Assembly (NCBI GenBank): GCA_965153355.1
Contig: OZ231126.1
Coordinates: 12,338,001 to 12,402,000, forward strand
Source: Flaccisagitta enflata
Taxonomy: Eukaryota
DNA length: 64,000 nucleotides
Reading direction: 5' to 3'
The translations under genes and the position numbers were made by a program. Position 1 is the stretch's first letter. Every line of letters starts with the position of its first letter. Shown here piece by piece: positions 56,062-64,000 of the stretch. Under the pieces are notes generated by a model, which had not been told where the DNA came from, did no database searches, and saw nothing but the letters and a program-made list of their open reading frames with translations.

Positions 56062-56670
56062 TAACAGTGGCAAAAAAAAAACCGGACGCTGCTTATTTCT
56101 ATCATAACTTGGTGCTGCTTTTGAAAAAGTACATAAAATCTATGACCATTCTAAAGAGCTTCAAAAAATCTTCGATTTGAGTCGTTGAACGAAATTCTAA
56201 CTTAAAAACTGTAGAAGTTATGTTAATTTGAAAAAAGAGTATCAAATTGAAATCTGCCAGATATGACGTTTTTTTCTAACTTGAATTCATGGACTAAATG
56301 TCTTTATTTGATTACCATTTCTAAACGGATTGACTCAAAAATGTCCGCTTGGCGCCATTTTGTAGATAATGAGTTGTATTTTCATTTTCTCTTTAATTTT
56401 TCTTAGTTTTGTTTTGTCAGATATGTTTTATATGCTTTTAAAGACAGAATTACAAGTACAGAATTCCTTCTATTGACAGATTATGGTGATGCTCACTTCA
56501 AACTGTTGCCATTTCTAAACGATTTGAGCTAAAACTTTCTGCTTGGTCTAGATTTGAAGAACTTTCGAAGATCTTTCAAACGGTCACTGATTTTTTTGTA
56601 TTTTCATTGAGACTGAGCCGGTCAAAGGCATCAAAAACCGCCATGTCCGGTTTTTTTTTGGCCATTGTTA
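56062..56670. mobile_element. Nested MITE
   Basis: taacagtggcaaaaaaaaaaccggac ... gtccggtttttttttggccattgtta. Confidence 0.7.
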
Positions 56671-56937
56671 CTTAATCCATTTCCAACATCTAACAAAATG
56701 AATTCAGCAAAGATTCAGAAGATTTGTTTTTCTACACCAAAAAAGTGGAGATACTCGATATTTTATGAAGAGAAAACCCGCGTGCAGACATGACATTTGT
56801 CCACTACAAGGCACACACATTTTATATGTTGTGTAACATTTGTAAACATTTGTAACATTTGTAAATTGGAGAATTCTGGCCTCCTTTTGTAAGGGCAATG
56901 CTGTTTCAAATTTCATAAGCAAGGTTTATCGCTTCTT

Positions 56938-57298
56938 TCTAGACGCGGACACACGACTCTACACCTTGTTATGTCGGTTTATCTGTCGGTCCATCGATCC
57001 GTCACAAATATTTTTGAATTGCAAGCTATTTTTGCACTACGGCCCCTGCCCAACCATCCGCAACTGTCTCGCCGTGTATCTGGCCTTGTTTATTTCTTAG
57101 TTTGTCTGTCTCTCAATTTTTTTTCTTTTTGTTTTTTTGTCGCAGACACGCGACTCTACATCTTGCCGTGTCGGTTGGTCGGTAGGTTGGTCGGTATGTC
57201 CATCCATCCGTCCGTCCGTCACATATTTGATTTCGGAGCGGTTTTTGCGCTTCTGCTCCTGCCCAACCGTCCACGACTGGATTGTATCCGACCTTGTT
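56938..57298 (+). mobile_element. Two HINE-like elements (56938-57090, 57133-57298)
   Basis: cgc(g/a)gacacacgact or cacgcgact starts; ccttgtt ends. Confidence 0.65.
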
Positions 57299-57428
57299 TT
57301 TCTGCATGTCTCTTGGTCTTTTTATCTGCCTATTGGGGTTCGTTCAAATGTCAATCTTCCTGTCTCCTTAACGGCTTTTCTTCCTGTCTGTCTGTCTGTC
57401 TGTTGGCCAGTCTGTCATGCTGACATTC

Positions 57429-57853
57429 TTTTTGGGCAGCGGCCCCAAAGGGCCGATGTCCTGTAGGACACAGGGGTGAACCGTTACGTCCGTCTGACAT
57501 TACGTACGTACGTACGTACGTCCCCCCCCTCCGAAGCTTCTCAAGCCTCTCAGGCCTCAAATCTGGCCTCTCAGGCCTCAATTCTGGCCTCTCAGGACTC
57601 ACATCCAGCCTCTTGGGCCTCAATTCCACCCTCTTGGGCTTCAAATCCAGCCTCTTGGGCCCTAGATCCAGCCTCTCAGACCTCAAATTCTCATTGAATA
57701 ATATGTCAGACAGACGTAACGGTTCACCCCTGTGTCCTACAGGACATCGGCCCTTTGGGGCCGCTGCCCTGCTCTCACTCCACTTCTTCAGCTAATCACT
57801 CCAAGCAGGGCATCGGGTACCGCTGACCATGTGCGATCCTTGGATGACTTGTT
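57429..57853 (+). mobile_element. Long-IR HINE-like element, divergent subfamily
   Basis: IR 57434-57500 / 57703-57769, 21-bp core, tail ending cttgtt. Confidence 0.8.
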
Positions 57854-59673
57854 ACCTTATACCTATTTGTACCAATTTATTGTCATTATCGCTTTTCACG
57901 TTATCTTTTTGTTAGAAGATTTGCTCTATCTCCCCGCGTCAAAGTTTTGGTTATTCTTTGCTAAATCATGATCAAGATTAGTCAAATTGGTAACACCGGA
58001 ATTCGGCACAACCGGAAAAAAACACCTAGTCCCTTGAGATCCGTTATTGCGGGGTTCCACTGTATAATGTAAGTACTTCCTGTTATGTTCTACATCAATT
58101 TCCATATTTTGCTTGTTTTTAACTTCATCACCTTCTGACCACTGGCTAGCAGTACTCAGGTATCAAATTTTCTTCGACATTAGTTTGAATTTTGAAGACA
58201 TTCACCTTTACAAAATCATTCAAAATCTATGGGCAAACTAAAGAACTTTTCATTAGTTTTTTAGTCGTGAAATTTGCATCTGATTATCTATCTTCATATA
58301 GATTTGGAAAAAATTTGAAGTTGATGAGATTTTTCTGGTAATTTTGCAGATTCGCATGGGGAATGTTTTTACATTTCTTTATCTAATTCCATTTTGCCTA
58401 AAGCAATCTAGGTAAAATTTATGAGCAAAATAAAGATTTTTTTCAAGCTCAAACTGATGGAAAAATCTGCATATAGTTAAATATCTCCGTTCAGATTTGA
58501 CGGTGCTTCAATCTTTTGACAATAGTTATTAAACAGGTGTTATAACAATCATTGCAGGGTTGGTATAACTTCTGTCCATACAAATCTTTATAAAAACAAA
58601 CCTTTTCCTCCGTTTATGCGCAAAAAATCTATCATTTGAATTATTGCACTCGGCTACATTTCTATCTTCGACAAATTAGACAGCGAAATAATAACGACTG
58701 CATTAGGCAAATTAAGTATTGGCATTATCTTTTCCCAATATCCACTGCTCTCCGCGTATTTGTTTTGTCATATGATTTCATTCACCACAAATATAGTCAA
58801 GACTGTAAGTGGGGTTGTTAGTGGGGCTGTTACAGGGGTGATACAGCGTAAAGGGTGTTAACTTCTTGTAATTTCGTTCTCTTTCCCGCGGGGGGAGACA
58901 AAAGGGGGAGGAAAGGAAACGTGAGAAAAGTAATTGACAACAATGACAGAAACAAGTATTAAATTATGTGAAAAAAGGGTGTAAGAAAACGAAAAGGGTC
59001 GTTAAGAAAGAAGGAAGCTGTTGATCATTACATCAATTTCAAAGAAAAAAAAAATCCAACACCGAGGCGGTTTATTTTTTTGGTCAATGATTGTCTCCGC
59101 CACGAAAAAAGATTTTCCGACTCTCAATAACCAATTTCTCAAATGTCAACAAATACTCAGGAAAACGTTTTTCATTGGACGTGGGATGAAAAGCACTGAA
59201 TTGAGTCATAAGGGCCATTACAGATGAAAGAGTGTTATATTGAATGATGTGGATTGCAAGAGACCTGAATTGAGTCAAGTAGGATACTTGAAAAATGATC
59301 TGAGTCGTACCCAGAATAAAGTGGACTAAATTGAGTCGCACAGATTCTGTTTTATGGAAAATTAGGAGTGATGGGTTCACAAGGCCTATTCATTTCACTT
59401 TGGGTATAATGAGGGATATTATTTCGCTTATCATACATTTACATCTGAATTCATATGTACTAAGAAAAGACATTTAGGCTTATGTGGATCAAAATAGATC
59501 ATGATGGATGCAATAAGAAATTAGTAATATGAAATGGCATGACAATGACATGTATGACAATATATTTGTATAAGTGATATGGGAGGGAAAAGGACTAAGG
59601 ATGAGTTGTTGGGAAAAAAATCGAAAAACGTTTTTCAATTTTTTGAGTTCCGGGTTAGGAATTAAAGTTTCCC

Positions 59674-64000
<4,327 letters not shown>

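Noticed and set aside
59190-59340. Repeated tgagtc(a) AP-1-like motifs
   Set aside because: Adjacent to repeat-derived sequence with no linked gene; no support for function.

Overview
Repeat-dense animal (probably invertebrate) nuclear DNA with one credible protein-coding gene; the rest is microsatellites and nested non-autonomous transposons. The 1381-aa ORF at 7127-11272 is best read as the large second exon of a five-exon + strand gene (3953-4019, 7167-11263, 12168-12282, 12478-12620, 12917-13135; all introns GT-AG and phase-compatible; 1546 aa). The predicted product is a type I membrane receptor: signal peptide, Toll-like LRR ectodomain with two cysteine caps, and a TM helix. In place of a TIR domain it carries an IRE1/RNase L-like pseudokinase, a degenerate duplicate of that module, a KEN ribonuclease with an intact RNxxxH motif, and probable C-terminal ubiquitin-like domains. 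This Toll-ectodomain/KEN-RNase chimera is the main candidate novel system. Other contents: more than 20 Helentron/DINE-1-like (HINE) elements, TA-flanked and 8-bp-TSD MITEs, foldbacks, an unclassified 6-bp-TSD element in two copies, TE-derived satellites, and a direct duplication (about 24545-40575 vs 59674-64000) whose compact copy exposes empty insertion sites. All domain calls are by-eye motif recognition; no database search was run.
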